The position numbers were made by a program, and so were the translations under genes. A stretch of DNA of 64,000 nt. Source: Podarcis pityusensis. Taxonomy: Eukaryota. Where the stretch lies: the NCBI GenBank assembly GCA_964106645.2, contig OZ067052.1. The stretch is one strand, 5' to 3'. The notes below the pieces were generated by a model. That model ran no database searches. It was given only the letters and a program-made list of their open reading frames with translations, and had not been told where the DNA came from. This document shows, piece after piece, positions 1-12,860 of the stretch (its first letter is position 1; each line of letters starts with the position of its first letter).

Positions 1-449
1 TGGCTCCACTTTATCTCCCCACTCCCAGTTCTGCTTTCCGCAATGCAGGAAGCCCCTTTGAGATAATGTTTCTGTTTCAAGTATGTAGTGCATACTGTAT
101 AATTATTAGGAACATAAGAATTGCCTGATAAATCAGTGTTTGTTTCATCTACCCAGTATCTTGATGGATGGTGGTCACTACTTTAATGTTTTGCAGTGGG
201 TTGCAGTTTTTTCTTCCTATCTGTATGTTACCATTTGCAGCTGTCACAGCATCTCTAGAAAGAGGCACATTTTGGTTATGGCACAGAGGTGTGTGGCAAT
301 TAGGGTTGCAAAGATTCAGAAGCTTTGGTTTGCCCTCTACAAGGGAGAGGAACTTAAAACAAGAGAAAGAAATAAATTTGGGCAAAACTCCTATGATAAT
401 CATGTTGATAAACTTCTGTGAGCAAAGATTTAGAATGCATATTCAAAAG

Positions 450-3400
450 AAGTATTAACAGTGGTGAATTGTATTTAGATTGGGTAGACTAGACTGCTGT
501 GGTTGAAGCATCTGGTACTGTGTTTCTCATAACTGGCATAAGTTTGGCTTCCTAACTTTTGCTGCTTTATTAAGGCTGAAAAATTATTATATTCAAGGAT
601 ATCTTAAAACCATTCTCAAAAGAAATCGGAAGCGGACCAAAACACTATGAACTTTTGAAATGTAGCATTAACAATCTGCAACTATAAGTGTTGGTGACAA
701 AGTGTTCTGTAAAAAGGATTTGACAGTGAAGACTAGAACTACAACAGAATGTATGCAGTTTCCCCTCCCTTCTCATGTTTCAGAATTAGAGGAAATAAGT
801 GGAAGTTAGGGAAGTAACTTGGTTGACTTACTGAAAACTAAATTTCTTGGAACTGTATAGCTTGCAGACCTTCAAATTTATTTCATCATTGTTTGGAAAG
901 GTTATATTGCTAGCAGATATCCATAGCATGGAGAGAATGAGGGAGTAGCATCAAGATGGATTAGCACTGTGAATCTGGAACCAAGTTTACAGGAAAATTG
1001 CAAGTATTTCCACACTTTTTAAAATGTGGTCTCTATTCTGGAGGTTCTTCCTGGAGTTTCATTGTGTTCTTGGCCACAAATAAATGCAAGGAAAAGGAAG
1101 ATCTTCCTTTTTATTAAATTGAAATAAAGAACAATTGAAATACAACTCAAATGCATTTGGACAGATCAGCTATGATTGCCAAGTCACCATATGTTCTTCT
1201 TTTTCAGCAATTTTGATCCTTGCTGAGCTGCCCGACCACTTTTTAAACTGAATTTCAGTTTTGTAGTGCCTCCCCAACCTGAACTTCTCCTTTGTACTTC
1301 ATCAGCTTTCTAAATTGTGGCTTAAACTTGTGGTCACATCTTTGGGAGTTAACCTGATTTGAAGTTTCTGCCATCAGCTAATTATTTTGTACTGTTTCAA
1401 GCTAGATGGGCTCTTGGAGAAATGTTCTGAAGACACCACATCTTCTTTGAGTTTGATTCTTAAACATTATAGAAAGCATAGACATATCCTTTTCCCACTT
1501 CAGGAAATAGCAGGCTGTAGCAGAAGAAACTGTTGTGCCAAACATTTATAAATAATTAAGCTTTTTGCTCAATCAGGATTTGTTTTCCTTGTAGCCAGGA
1601 GCTGCTTCCAAAGTTACAAGAAGAAATGGTTGTGTTTGCCTTCTGAGTCCCTCCTTGGCTTGTAACCACTTTGAAGTCAATGCTGCTGCATGGTTTTATG
1701 CATGATGAAGAGGGTGAGCTGTCGTGATTGTCAATGAATACCCTTGACTTGCACGACAGATGCACCTGCAGTCTCAAAATCTCTTGCGGTGTCTTAGCAT
1801 GGCTGGGGTGGGATAAGAAGAATTCCTGCTTTCTGAATGAGTGAGCAAAAAGGAGAGTGGTGTATGGGTGAGAGATGAGGATGCCCCCAGATTTTAGTTT
1901 AACCAAAATGTTCTTTAGTAGCACAATAGGAGCAGGACTGGAAAAGATCTCTACTTGAGATCCCAGAGACGGTCAGTGCCTTGCCTGACTATTGACAATA
2001 TCTTACTCCATATTGTTTTTAATAGGACTATGTAGCTTAATGTACCTTTATACACTTGCATGGCAGCTGAGGTGTCTAGGGAGGATAAAAATTATACTAG
2101 CTTCTGTTTCTAGTAAGTTTTTATGTTTCAGTGATTCATCAGTCGTTCACCCTTCTTTAAAAGCATTGCTAATCTTAATGATACTTTGTGACATTTTCAC
2201 AGGTTAGTTATCTATTGGGTAAACAAAGGAAGTGTGGGTTTAATTCCTCTTCAAAAAGAGTGTTGACATTCACTTTTCCTGAATGCCTGTTTGGTCTTAA
2301 ACAAAGAAAATAGAAGCTTTAAGCAGCTTGTTGCAGGATTGGAGCTTTAAGCTCTGGTTACATGGTCACTTAAGTCATTTATTATTAGTTGTAGCACTTC
2401 ACATATATATGGGAAGATATAGGTCTCTATATAGGACCAGATAGTTGTCTAAATTCAGTGAGTGAAGTCTTCTTAATTTGCTGTGGGTATGCAACTAAAT
2501 TTGCTGTGATTATACTTCTAAAGGGAAGTTGATCTCTCCAACATGCTGGATCGGTTCTCATGGAGATCTTGGATCAAGAAGATTTTATAGTAGATTTGTA
2601 AGATTATAAGAGACCTGAAGATCCATTTCTAGACCAAGTCCTGCACTGAATCAGGATCCTGCTTGGTCCTTAAAACAAAATGTATTATTTAATATAGCAG
2701 TCTGAGATCAATCCAGATGATACGGTATATCATAATAGCAAGGGCCACACAGCAATCAAAATAGATGTCCACTGGAGAAGAAACAACTTAATACAAACAC
2801 AGAACATTCAAGCAGTCAAGAATCATTCCTTTTTCTTCAGTCTTCTGCCCTGCACCATCTCAAATGCTTGGGGCATATAATGGAAAAAAGTAGACATATA
2901 GGAATAATTGGAAAAAGTAGAAACACAAAATACAGATTAACACACACCCCACAACCCAGTAGGTTCTTAATATTTAAACATCATAACAAATGACAGTGAT
3001 TCTGAAAGATCCTGGGGCTTGGGTGAATCCTGCCAGAAGAAGGATTTCTGCTGTTGAAGGGGCTGCTGAGAAGACATCTTTGTCCAATCTTGTAGTCTCC
3101 ATGCTTTCCATATCAAACCAATTCCATGCCACAAAGATTTTGTGCCATGCTTGTATATGTTGTTGGTAACCATTGCTACAGTTTTTCAGAGGTCATTCAG
3201 CTCGGGCACTGAAGCAAGATTGTCCACTGATCCATATAGTATTTTCAGTTGCACATTCACACATTCATTTTCATTTGAAATGTATCTGTGAACTCATTAC
3301 TGCATTTCTTTATAACTCCTTCCACACCATTGCCTGAGAATTGGGGGTTTTCAAGCCCAAAACTAGAGTGTATTTTTTCATCATCATCATCATCATCATC

Positions 3401-4432
3401 ATTAATTAAATTTCTATACTTCCCTTCATCCAAAGATCACAGGGCAGTTTACAATAGAAAAACTCAAAAATATGTGCAATATTAACAACCAAAAACAACA
3501 ACTTGCCCACACTGTAGATAAGCTGAGCTGTATTTAAGTGGGGTGAGTTTCCCTAAGGAGAGCTTATTCTCAAGTCCTAACAGTGTGATTATAAATTACT
3601 TTATGTATGAGACATTAATCACAGTTAAAATAAAGTGTATGTAATAATTCAAACTACGTTGATTTTGTTTTTGTACTAAATATGAAATACTATGCAAATT
3701 TATGCTTAAATTGTATTTTTGTATTCAACAACATCTATGGGGGGGTTAGTACATGGGGGTTCTTATTAATAGAGTAGGCACACGAGATTTTTTAAAAAAA
3801 AAATCAAGTTGTCTATTACTAGTAGGGACAAGCTTCTAAGCAATTTGGCTGGGATGCAGAAAGCTACTTTAGGAAAACTTGCATGTGCCAAGTAGCTTTT
3901 GGTTTGTTGATTGCGGTCCCACCCCCCCCCCAACCTGCAACAGCCCCCAATAAGTAATGATTTCTTATTTAGCCTGTGGACTGCTACTCAAGGAGCACTA
4001 ATTCAAAGTGGCCTTGAGGTTGCAGAATGAGTTGCAATATCTATTATTCACTTTTGAATGATCATATATTGCCTTCTTCAGCCAAAATGTGTGCAAGTTT
4101 TTTTGCCTTTGCAAAGGCACATGCTATAGCCTTTCTTAACTACAGTTTCCTGGTTTGTCTGAACTGGGCCACAATAGATATCTGCTTTGGAACAAGCCAA
4201 GATGTTGAACCATGGTTTGAAGTTCCTTTAACATTATGAGTTTTTGCAAAGTTGGTTCAGACAACGTCAGGACAAAGTGCAAAATTCTGTTCATATCTAT
4301 TACTAGAAAGCAACAGATAGAATGGAATGGCACAGGGAAAATGCTATGGAGATCTTCATTTCCATGGCATTTCCTTGGGACTTTCCTATTGGGGTCCTGT
4401 TTGTTTTGAAACACCTTGTTCCTCTTTAGCAT
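450..4432 (-). mobile_element. Heavily degraded DIRS1-like tyrosine-recombinase retrotransposon, interrupted
   Basis: Minus-strand motif remnants in DIRS order: RT-like DLHSIFPVPFH (ORF 4136-4432), RNaseH-like NIYKHGTKSL..LIWKAW (~3100-3170), MT-end-like ILIAVWP..QDPDSVQDLV (~2630-2770), YR-like VNQVTSL..EGKLHTF (~745-840) and HSTR (511-522). Many stops; boundaries approximate. Confidence 0.55.
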
Positions 4433-4721
4433 AAAATGTAAAAGTAGACTCCTGTGTATAATAAAAAGTAATCATGTTTTACTAAAGTTCTGGCCAACTG
4501 TCTGAACTTGTTCTTTCTGTTACAAAGGAAGTGTTGAGCACCTGCGTGCTAACATGTTAAGAGTATTTTCAAGTTCCCTCCAAAATACTTTGTTTTGCGA
4601 GTATAATACTGTAGTTCTCTTAGCAAAAATAAAGAAAAAATTGGGTCATAACCTATATACTGCCTTTTTGACCTGGTTTGGCAAAGCTGACTTTAAAAAT
4701 TCTTCTTGTAATTGGTTCTAG

Positions 4722-4880
<159 letters not shown>

Positions 4881-7840
4881 TGAGTTTGTGAGAATTAAGC
4901 CCTGTGTCCCATGAAGTCCTGTATTGTAAGTTTTATCTGGTTGCTGTTGGTTGGAGTTTTTATGTGGCAGTTTTATAAATCTGGCAGGTTTATAAATCTG
5001 GAAATAATTAAAAATCGGTATATATGAGAGGAGGTTTTTACTTGGTTGTTTGTGAACAATTACATCAGAATGGTTTTGAATAAGTCATTAATTCACAGGG
5101 ACTGAACTCCCATTAACTTGAACAGCCACAGACAAGGAAAGCTAGACATCTGACAGATTCCCCAGTCAGTCCAAGACCCTTGTTGACAGGAACAGGCACC
5201 CAGTAGGTTTTAGGTTAGAGTGCAGGGAATCTGCTCAGTGTGGAAGTTTAGTCTCTTGATGATACTGCCTCTCTCATAGCCACCATAAGGCTAGGTCCAG
5301 GTGGGTCAGAATTATTTCATCTTTTATAGCATCCTGTTTGTTATGAAATATGCAATTTGACCTGAATGCTTCTGTGACAATGGCCAGGTTTGCCCATCGC
5401 AATCAGGAGCTCCAAGTGAATCTGATGTCTAGTTAAAGTGAAACAGTGTGAATGCAAGCTGTACTTGCAAAGGAACAATTAAGAATGTACCCTACAGTTA
5501 CTGATTGTTCCTTTCCGAGCTCAGCTTGCAGTCAGTGCTGTTTAACTTTGGTGCCAAAGGGAAGCCACCCTGTTTTTGCCTGGGGGTCAGAGTCACCTGA
5601 TGATGTCAAAAGGGTGACCTCACCCATTCATCAGACGTGGCCCATGGAGGGTTGGCCGCAATGTGATCTGGTTCTCTGGCAGAAAATAGTTGCCTATGCC
5701 TATGTCAAACCATAGTTATATTTACTGAGAATAAGCAGCATGCTTCTGCACCCTGCTTAAAAGTGCCCTCTTTACACTATTCCTATTCCTGGCCATGCCA
5801 CACGGGGAGCAACAGACCACAAGCTATGGCTTGTTGTGTCACCTAACCCAGGTTTGTGGTTTGTTTCTCTCCAAACTAACTGCAGGCCGTAAGCAAAGGT
5901 TTATCCAGGAGTAGGGGAGGAGTGAAGCAGGAATTTTGAGCTGCGTATACAAACCCACCGCTTGCTTGCATCTGCTATTATTTAATGTGATGTGTGATCA
6001 CAGCCAATGAGAATTCAATACAGTAGTACAATCTACAAAATAAATTTCCTAGAGTGGAAAAGAGAACTGTCTAAAACTGAGCTAAAGCTTTGGATATGGA
6101 TTTTGCTAATGTGTGTTTTAACTGGATAACTTTTTTTAGAAATCTGCTTGGTTTAACCTGATTTTCTTTTCCCCATTCTGGTACTTGATTTGCTCTAAAC
6201 CTTGATTGTGTGAAGATGGGAAATCATTCTTTCAGGCATGACTCCATCGCTTTGTTTTAATGTGTTAGCCTGATGCTGCTAGAGTGTTTGGGTTGCTAAT
6301 GCTTAAATCTGAACCCAAGGGCCCATTTATGCTACAGATGTGACTAGTATAGATTTGTTTTTTAATGTCATTGCTTCCCCCAAAGTTTCCAGGAAGTGTT
6401 GTTTGTCAAGGTTCTGAGAACTATTTTGTAGGCTTCCCTAGTTCTCAGCTTCCTTATGGGGAGCCATTAAATTTGCTTAAAATGTTTACATGCCCTAAAC
6501 TATTTGTTCTTCTTTGCACACACACACACCCAATCCAGTGTCACAGGCAAGATTTTCATCGTAAGCACAAGTTAAGCATAAATTAAGTCTCCATCAAAGC
6601 TTTTCAAAGGCCACATGCCCTCCATTAAACCTCACATGTCTGATGGCAGGGCACATGCAGGAATCGGTCCAAATTATTATGTGATCAAGCATTCATCTCT
6701 ATATCAAAGTTAAAGCAGTGTTGTTTGTTTGTTTGTTTGGTGAACTTAGCTTTTATTTTGAGTAGGTAGCTGTTTGAAATGCGAAACAAAATATTAAACT
6801 GAACCTGAGAATGGGCATTCAGGTTTTGCCGTTCTATTTTGCATTTGGTGCCTTACATGAGCTGAAACATCATAATAGAGCAGGGGTAGCCAATGAAGTG
6901 CCAGATGTTGTTGGTCTTAAACTCCCATCACCACTAGCCATTAGCCATGCTGGCTGGGACTTATGGAGTCCAATGATATTTGGAGGGCATCTTGCTGGCT
7001 GACCCTTCCATACAGTAAACGCATATAGATGCTGAATATGTGGATAAAGGATACAGTTCAAGAATGCTTCCCGAACTATGCCTAATGAATTGAACAGAAC
7101 TTATTCCAGAACACATCTGCGTGGAATAAAATGCCAGTAGATTGTATCCAATGTAAATTTAAACAAGAGTTTTAGTTCTGAGCCATCTTGTATGCTCTTG
7201 TGTCCCAGTGACATTAATGGATTGTTCCCATTAAGTGTTGATGCCTTAAGCAAAATAGGAACCTTCCTGCTGTTTAAGAGGGAATATTTGATTTAATGAG
7301 GTCTGTCTTGTTAGTTTTAATTTTACCATCAGAAATAGTCTAGTCGTTCAGCTTTATTAAATCAAGTCTTAATCTTGACAGCAACCTATAAATCAAGGGA
7401 TACAATTTTAATAGTATGAAACAAACGTGTTATTTTGGGCTGGTTTTTTTAAAAAATTAACCTGGAGTGCAGAAAGGAGAGTTGTTCTAGTAGTCAAAAG
7501 AATATAATAACTGTTTTGTGGTCTGCAATCTTGATGTAAAAGTGGCTAGTTACCACCACTCATACTTCCCCACCCCTAAACAATCACCACTTTTCAAGAA
7601 TTCGCAGTTTTTATTAATAAGCAACCTCTTTTTAAAACTCCCATGCATGTTGGGATTGCAGGTAGATGCTCACAGGTCAGCTAGGAGCCAAATGTGCATG
7701 CAAACAAGAAATGTATGGTGACTAATCTCACATTGAGCAATAATGAGAGGGTATCACACTCATTCCTATTATATGCTTATATAATGATTTCATATTTAAA
7801 AGAGGGAAAGGAGAGTAGGCTAGGTTAATGGCAAGGTTAA

Positions 7841-8370
7841 TGTGACCTTTTCCATTTGCTTTGGACACCATAGCAGATAGATCCTACCGCTTTGGATTCC
7901 ATTTTTGTTTCTATCTGCCTGTGAATCATTCCCCTCCAAGGTAGCCCCCATTAGCCTTTCTGCAGGAAAGGAAGGCAGAAAACATACTGACCTGCCCCTC
8001 TGTTGGACGGAGGCATCTGGTGCATCTCCTAGCACTGCAAGAGAGACCAGTAGGAGCTAAGTTAGTGGGGAAGCTTAGCAGCTTGGGCAGCACACCTCGC
8101 TTTTCTCCTGAGAAAGGCCACTGGGGAGCTTTCAGGTATAACCTTGCCTCTAAGCAACCAAGAAACCTTCCTGCAAGAAGGGTGGAGAGCTTGCTGCCTT
8201 GACTTCTTTGAAGTATCTCTCCTCCAGCAACCAAACCCTCCCAGTCTTGGAACTGAGGAGAGGGCAGAGATAGCTGCTTAAGCATTGGGATGATCCCTAC
8301 CCACCTCTACAGCTTCAGATCTGGGGGCGTGACTGATTGCTTGTCACCCTTACCAGAGGGTGGCTGCACA
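7841..8370. mobile_element. Probable solo LTR
   Basis: 530 bp bounded by TGTG...CACA and flanked by gttaa/gttac (5-bp TSD with one mismatch). More GC-rich than its flanks. Confidence 0.4.
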
Positions 8371-9439
8371 GTTACCTTGGCAATAGAAGAGGTTGCCACC
8401 TGAATTCTGATACCAAAAGTGTTCACTTTGGGCAGGACATGAAACTTGATTATGGAATCCAGGTTAAATTCTGGTCATGTTTTGTTGATGGTGGTACAAA
8501 ATAATGTTATGACTTCTGGAAATTCACTAATACAATTTATTACAATTATTAAAAGCATTTCTATCTTGACTTTTATTGGTAAGCCCATTGGATATTTTAA
8601 CATTAAATGAACTTAACATTCATTTAGTGCCAGCAGTGCACTCTCTGTCATGATGGTTTGCAATCTGTATTAGATTGAGCAGAGGCAGAGGCCAGATTTG
8701 GGAAAAGTATTTGAAATTCTCAGGAGATGATACAATTCCTCAGCATTAGCCCTGCACAGAGCTGAAAAATAGTTTGCGTTCCTAGGTGCCAACATCACAT
8801 TTTTTTGTATTCAGTTAGGGTCCCTGGTAAAAGAAGCTTCATAAAAGAGTAGAGAGGATGTATTAACTGAAAATACAAAAAGCTAAAATCTATTGTAGCA
8901 TCAGAGCTAGTAGACCAGCTTTTTGCTTAGGTTTATGTGGATTCCTAAGAATATGTATTGTAAAATAACCAATTTTAAAAGGAATCTTAGTTTCAAGACT
9001 GAAAAATCCTGATCAGCAGTTTAGAGTTTAAGGAGAGTTAATTCTGCAATCTCATTCTATGAGCTGTTAAAAAAGTTACCAGCCAGATAACCTATTCGGT
9101 GAGAACTTTGAGGCTCACTTTGTGTTTTGTCTTGTTGCTCACAACAACCAGTGACAAAGCAAGGCTTAAAAGAAAGTGTCCAGGAAAAAGATGACAATGT
9201 AATGAGAGGATAATAAGGGGCAAACATAACTTGGATATGTATGTAAAGATATTTGAGTTCCTTTTTTTAATTAACAAAAATAATAATAATAAAATAAAAA
9301 TAAATAAATAAACTTAAGTAGGAAAAAATGCACAAGGAAGACTTAGCATGCCGTGTGTGAATGAATGAATGAAGAGTAGAATGCACCATTTGAACTTCCA
9401 ATCATTTTTTTGTTTTTGCTTTCTTATGTTAATGTCCTT

Positions 9440-9570
9440 TGTCATGGAACCCAAGATGGTGTATGTGTGGTTCCCAGGTGGCCACCCATCCAGGTGCTGA
9501 TTTGACCCAGACCTGCCTTGCAGACCTGCTTAGCTTCAACAGGGCAGCGATCTCATGTGCATTCACATCA
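9440..9570 (-). mobile_element. 5S rRNA-derived SINE (SINE3 type) fragment
   Basis: Reverse strand reads gaagctaagcagg...ctggatgggtggccacctgggaacc, matching 5S box A (GAAGCTAAGCAGG) and box C (TGGATGGGAGACCGCCTGGGAA). Degenerate, with a short internal duplication. Confidence 0.65.
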
Positions 9571-10419
9571 TACTCATATAGCAAGGGTAGCCAATGAGAT
9601 GTCCTCCAGATGCTGTTGAATGACAACTCCCATTATCCCTCACCATTGGCCATACTGGATGAGGCTGATGGGAATTGTCCATTAGCATCTGGTGAAGCAC
9701 CACATTGACTGTCGTATAATACCAAGTAGGAGAACATGGCTGTCAGACAGGAGCATTCCCATTACCAGGGGATGGGTGTACACTACTGTACATTGTTAAT
9801 AAGGTCCCATTTATTAGATACAGCTTTTGATTTACATTCATGTTGCTGTTTTATAAGAGTACTTACTCAACTTGACCTTCCCGGAGAGAAGGCCTGAATA
9901 ACAATGATTCTGATATTGTATAAGTGGATTCCCATGATTCATCAAACTCTTGAGACCCTGTCTCCAAGATTAAGAACACATTGCATTGTGGTTGTTTTTT
10001 CTCTTTTTCCCTCCCACAGTATCTGTTAGTTACCTTAGAGCATCATGAACACCCATGCTAAGACCCCAGATGCTATCTAGTCTCCTGGTAATTTAGGAGT
10101 TGAGCAAAGCAATTGCTTGGGTGTATTGGCTGAAGTCCTACTGCCTTTAGACTTAAGTCTTAAAATTGGTCCTGGGAAATCTCAACATCCTTTTAACGAA
10201 CTTCATGGCCAAGAAACAAAGACACTGTCTAGGCACTAATTTAAGGAGCTGCTTAATCATACTTTTAAATTAGAATATTTGTAGCATGAGAATATTAGGC
10301 TTTTAAAGGCCACCTGTGATGTGTTTTGTGAGGCAGGGGTGTTATTGAGAAATTTCTAGGATTTTGTTTTTAAAATTCTTTTCGCCTATTAAACTAATGT
10401 GTGATTTTTCCATCACTAG

Positions 10420-10483
10420 GTAATGGAGACCAAAAGCATGTTGTACCTTGTGACAGAATATGCCAAAAATGGAGAAATTTTTG
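10420..10483 (+). CDS. SIK2: SIK2 coding exon 3 (hinge region)
   Basis: cactag|GTA...TTTG|gtaagt, 64 nt. [21 protein letters not shown](D), including the SIK-typical Thr gatekeeper (LVTEY). Phase matches exons 2 and 4. Confidence 0.97.
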
Positions 10484-11489
10484 GTAAGTCTTTTCACTTA
10501 AAAATAGCTTGATAGTTTATTTCAGCAGCTAAATACTGTGAGTTGTGGGAGGATTGTTTTCATTCTAAAAATAGAAGCTTTAGATCAACTTTTTACTGCA
10601 CTCACTTCTCTTTTAAAGGAGGTTTTCATATAAAACTAATTCATGAGCATTACGTCATCTCTTGCTCAGTAGGTTAGCAAATAAAATGTGTTGTAGGCCA
10701 GTTTGTCATTTCACAATAGTGTTGACTCTTGGCAGTTGAAAGTTGTTAAAATATTAGTATATTTCCAATCCGAAAACTGGTTTTCTTGTCTTTTCACTTA
10801 TCTATTATTGTTCTTATATGGAGTTCTTATCATTTAGCCTTGCCACTGAACAAAAAGAAGTTCACCATTTGTACAAACTGACCTGTGCTTTTGATAAATT
10901 TGTAAGACACTGTGTAGTGGCAGGATTGTCTGGTCGCAATCCAGAAACTAGCCATGCAGCTTGTCAGGGAAATGCTGTGGAGCCTTTAGAGACAGGGCTA
11001 TTCTCAAGATGGCAACTTAACATCCATAAGTGAAAGTGGTAGCTTTGAAAATAAATTGTCCTGAATACGTATTGCATATAAATATTTAAATCAAACACTT
11101 TTCAACAACAAAAAATTCAGAGCAGTTTACATAATAAAATAGGGCAACAATTTCATTTGTCCTGTTCCTTCAGCAGCTCCTGACTTTCAGAACCTGTGGA
11201 GGAACCTGCTGGAGATGAGGAAGGGTTTCCATAGGGAAGAAAATAGCCCCATACCTTAGAAGGTTGTTGCTAAGCAGCAGGCCTGTAGGTGTCCAAAGAG
11301 GGCAGGGGCTTCTGGTTTCCTGCACAGATGTTATCATTGGCCCCTGGCTCCCAGAACTCTTGGTAGAATAAGTTTCTGGAAGTGCTGGGAGAACAGTGGT
11401 GTAAAAAGAAGTCCTCTTCTTTCCCCTACCTGCTTCCAGCAGTACCCCAAGGCTTTTTTTGAATAATGATACATAATTTTGGTCCAGGA

Positions 11490-12860
11490 GCAGAGTTCAG
11501 GAACCTGGTATATTGGGATAAAGAACCTGTTGACATCTCTGGGGAATCAATAGCTTTTTGTTACCTTTCCTTTGGATACTTCATTGATTTTATTCTGCAT
11601 TTTAGTCAGGGAGGCAATTGTACATTCCCAGTACTTAATTACTGTTGGGTCCCAGTATCATTATACACAGTGATTCTGCGGAGTCTGCCCCTTTTGCAGT
11701 TTATACTTTGACAATATTTTCTCTGATGTACAATGACACCACCCCCAGTGTGCCCTTCCCTGTTCTTTCTGTAGAGTTTGTATCCAGAGATAACTGTGTC
11801 CCACTAGTTCTTTCTTATGTCACCAAATTTCCATTAATTCCCCCTATATCTGTGCTCTTTCTTAATAACAAGTACTTCAGCTGGCCAATCTTGGCTTTGG
11901 CATTGTGTTTACCCTATGGTCCTTTAGGATCTTTGAATTGCTATCATGTACCCTTGCACTTGAAATGCCTAGCTCTTCTCTCTCCTTTGAGCAATCATGA
12001 ACATTTTCACCTTCATCCTTGGAGGATAATTTGTTCTGAACTGGATGCTGCTCATCTGCTGTTGGCTTTCCAGTTTAAAAGATGCTCTGCCACCTTTTCA
12101 ATTCAAAGCACCAACAGTCTCGTTCCATCCTGGTTCAAGTGGAGTCCATCCATTTTGTACAAGCCAGCACCTAACAAATCAATAACCTTTTCCTAACACC
12201 ACCATCCCACCCATTAATTGAGATTCCACCGCTGTGTATCTTGCTCTCTGCATGGAACAGTTAGCTCTTCTGAGAAAGCTGCCTTGAAGCTCCTGGGTTT
12301 CATCCTCCTATCTAGTAACCTAGATTTGTTTTTCTAAACACCAGGACAGCATGATTACAGTTCCCCACATCACTGGTGCCAACAGGCACCATAAGCACTT
12401 ACTCCTCCCCAGCACCGTCTAACAGACCATCAAAACAACTCATAACATATGCAGCCTTCACACCAGCCAGGCAAGTCACTATGCATCGACCCCCATTGCT
12501 TATCTAATTATGTTCCTAATGTTCAAATCACCCACTAATAAGTAGGTTATCATTGGTGTGAGAGGATAGCTGTTTAGACTATCCCCCAATCCCCGGGATT
12601 ATTTCCTTAGAGTGAAATCTTCCTCCCAGAGACCATTATTCGCGGTAACAGCAGAGAAGCTTTCGCCTTGCGAATTGGGTGCAGGTATGACAACCCTGAA
12701 GGCCTTGGCTACTAACCTCTGGCTTTCTCAGCTTCTTCAGGTCAACCACCTTGGCTTCAGGGGAACAAAATCATTACCTGTGGGCCAGGAGCTTATTGCC
12801 CTGAACACCTACCCACAACTTCATCCAGCAGGCAGATAGTCATATAGTCCCCACACTTGA
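11490..12860 (-). mobile_element. CR1 LINE 5' portion: ORF1 SGNH esterase and start of ORF2 endonuclease, decayed
   Basis: Minus strand gives MVPVGTSDVG (VHVGTND-like), GLYKMDGLHLNQDGTRLL (DxxH block) and WDTVISGYKLYRKNREGHTGGGV (APE domain). Boundaries approximate. Confidence 0.8.

Noticed and set aside
9440-9570. Functional 5S rRNA gene
   Set aside because: Too diverged, internally duplicated and lacking intact 5S ends. Treated as a SINE remnant.
11645-12196. Longest ORF in the track (183 aa, + strand)
   Set aside because: It is the antisense frame of the decayed CR1 ORF1/ORF2 and has no protein-like motifs.
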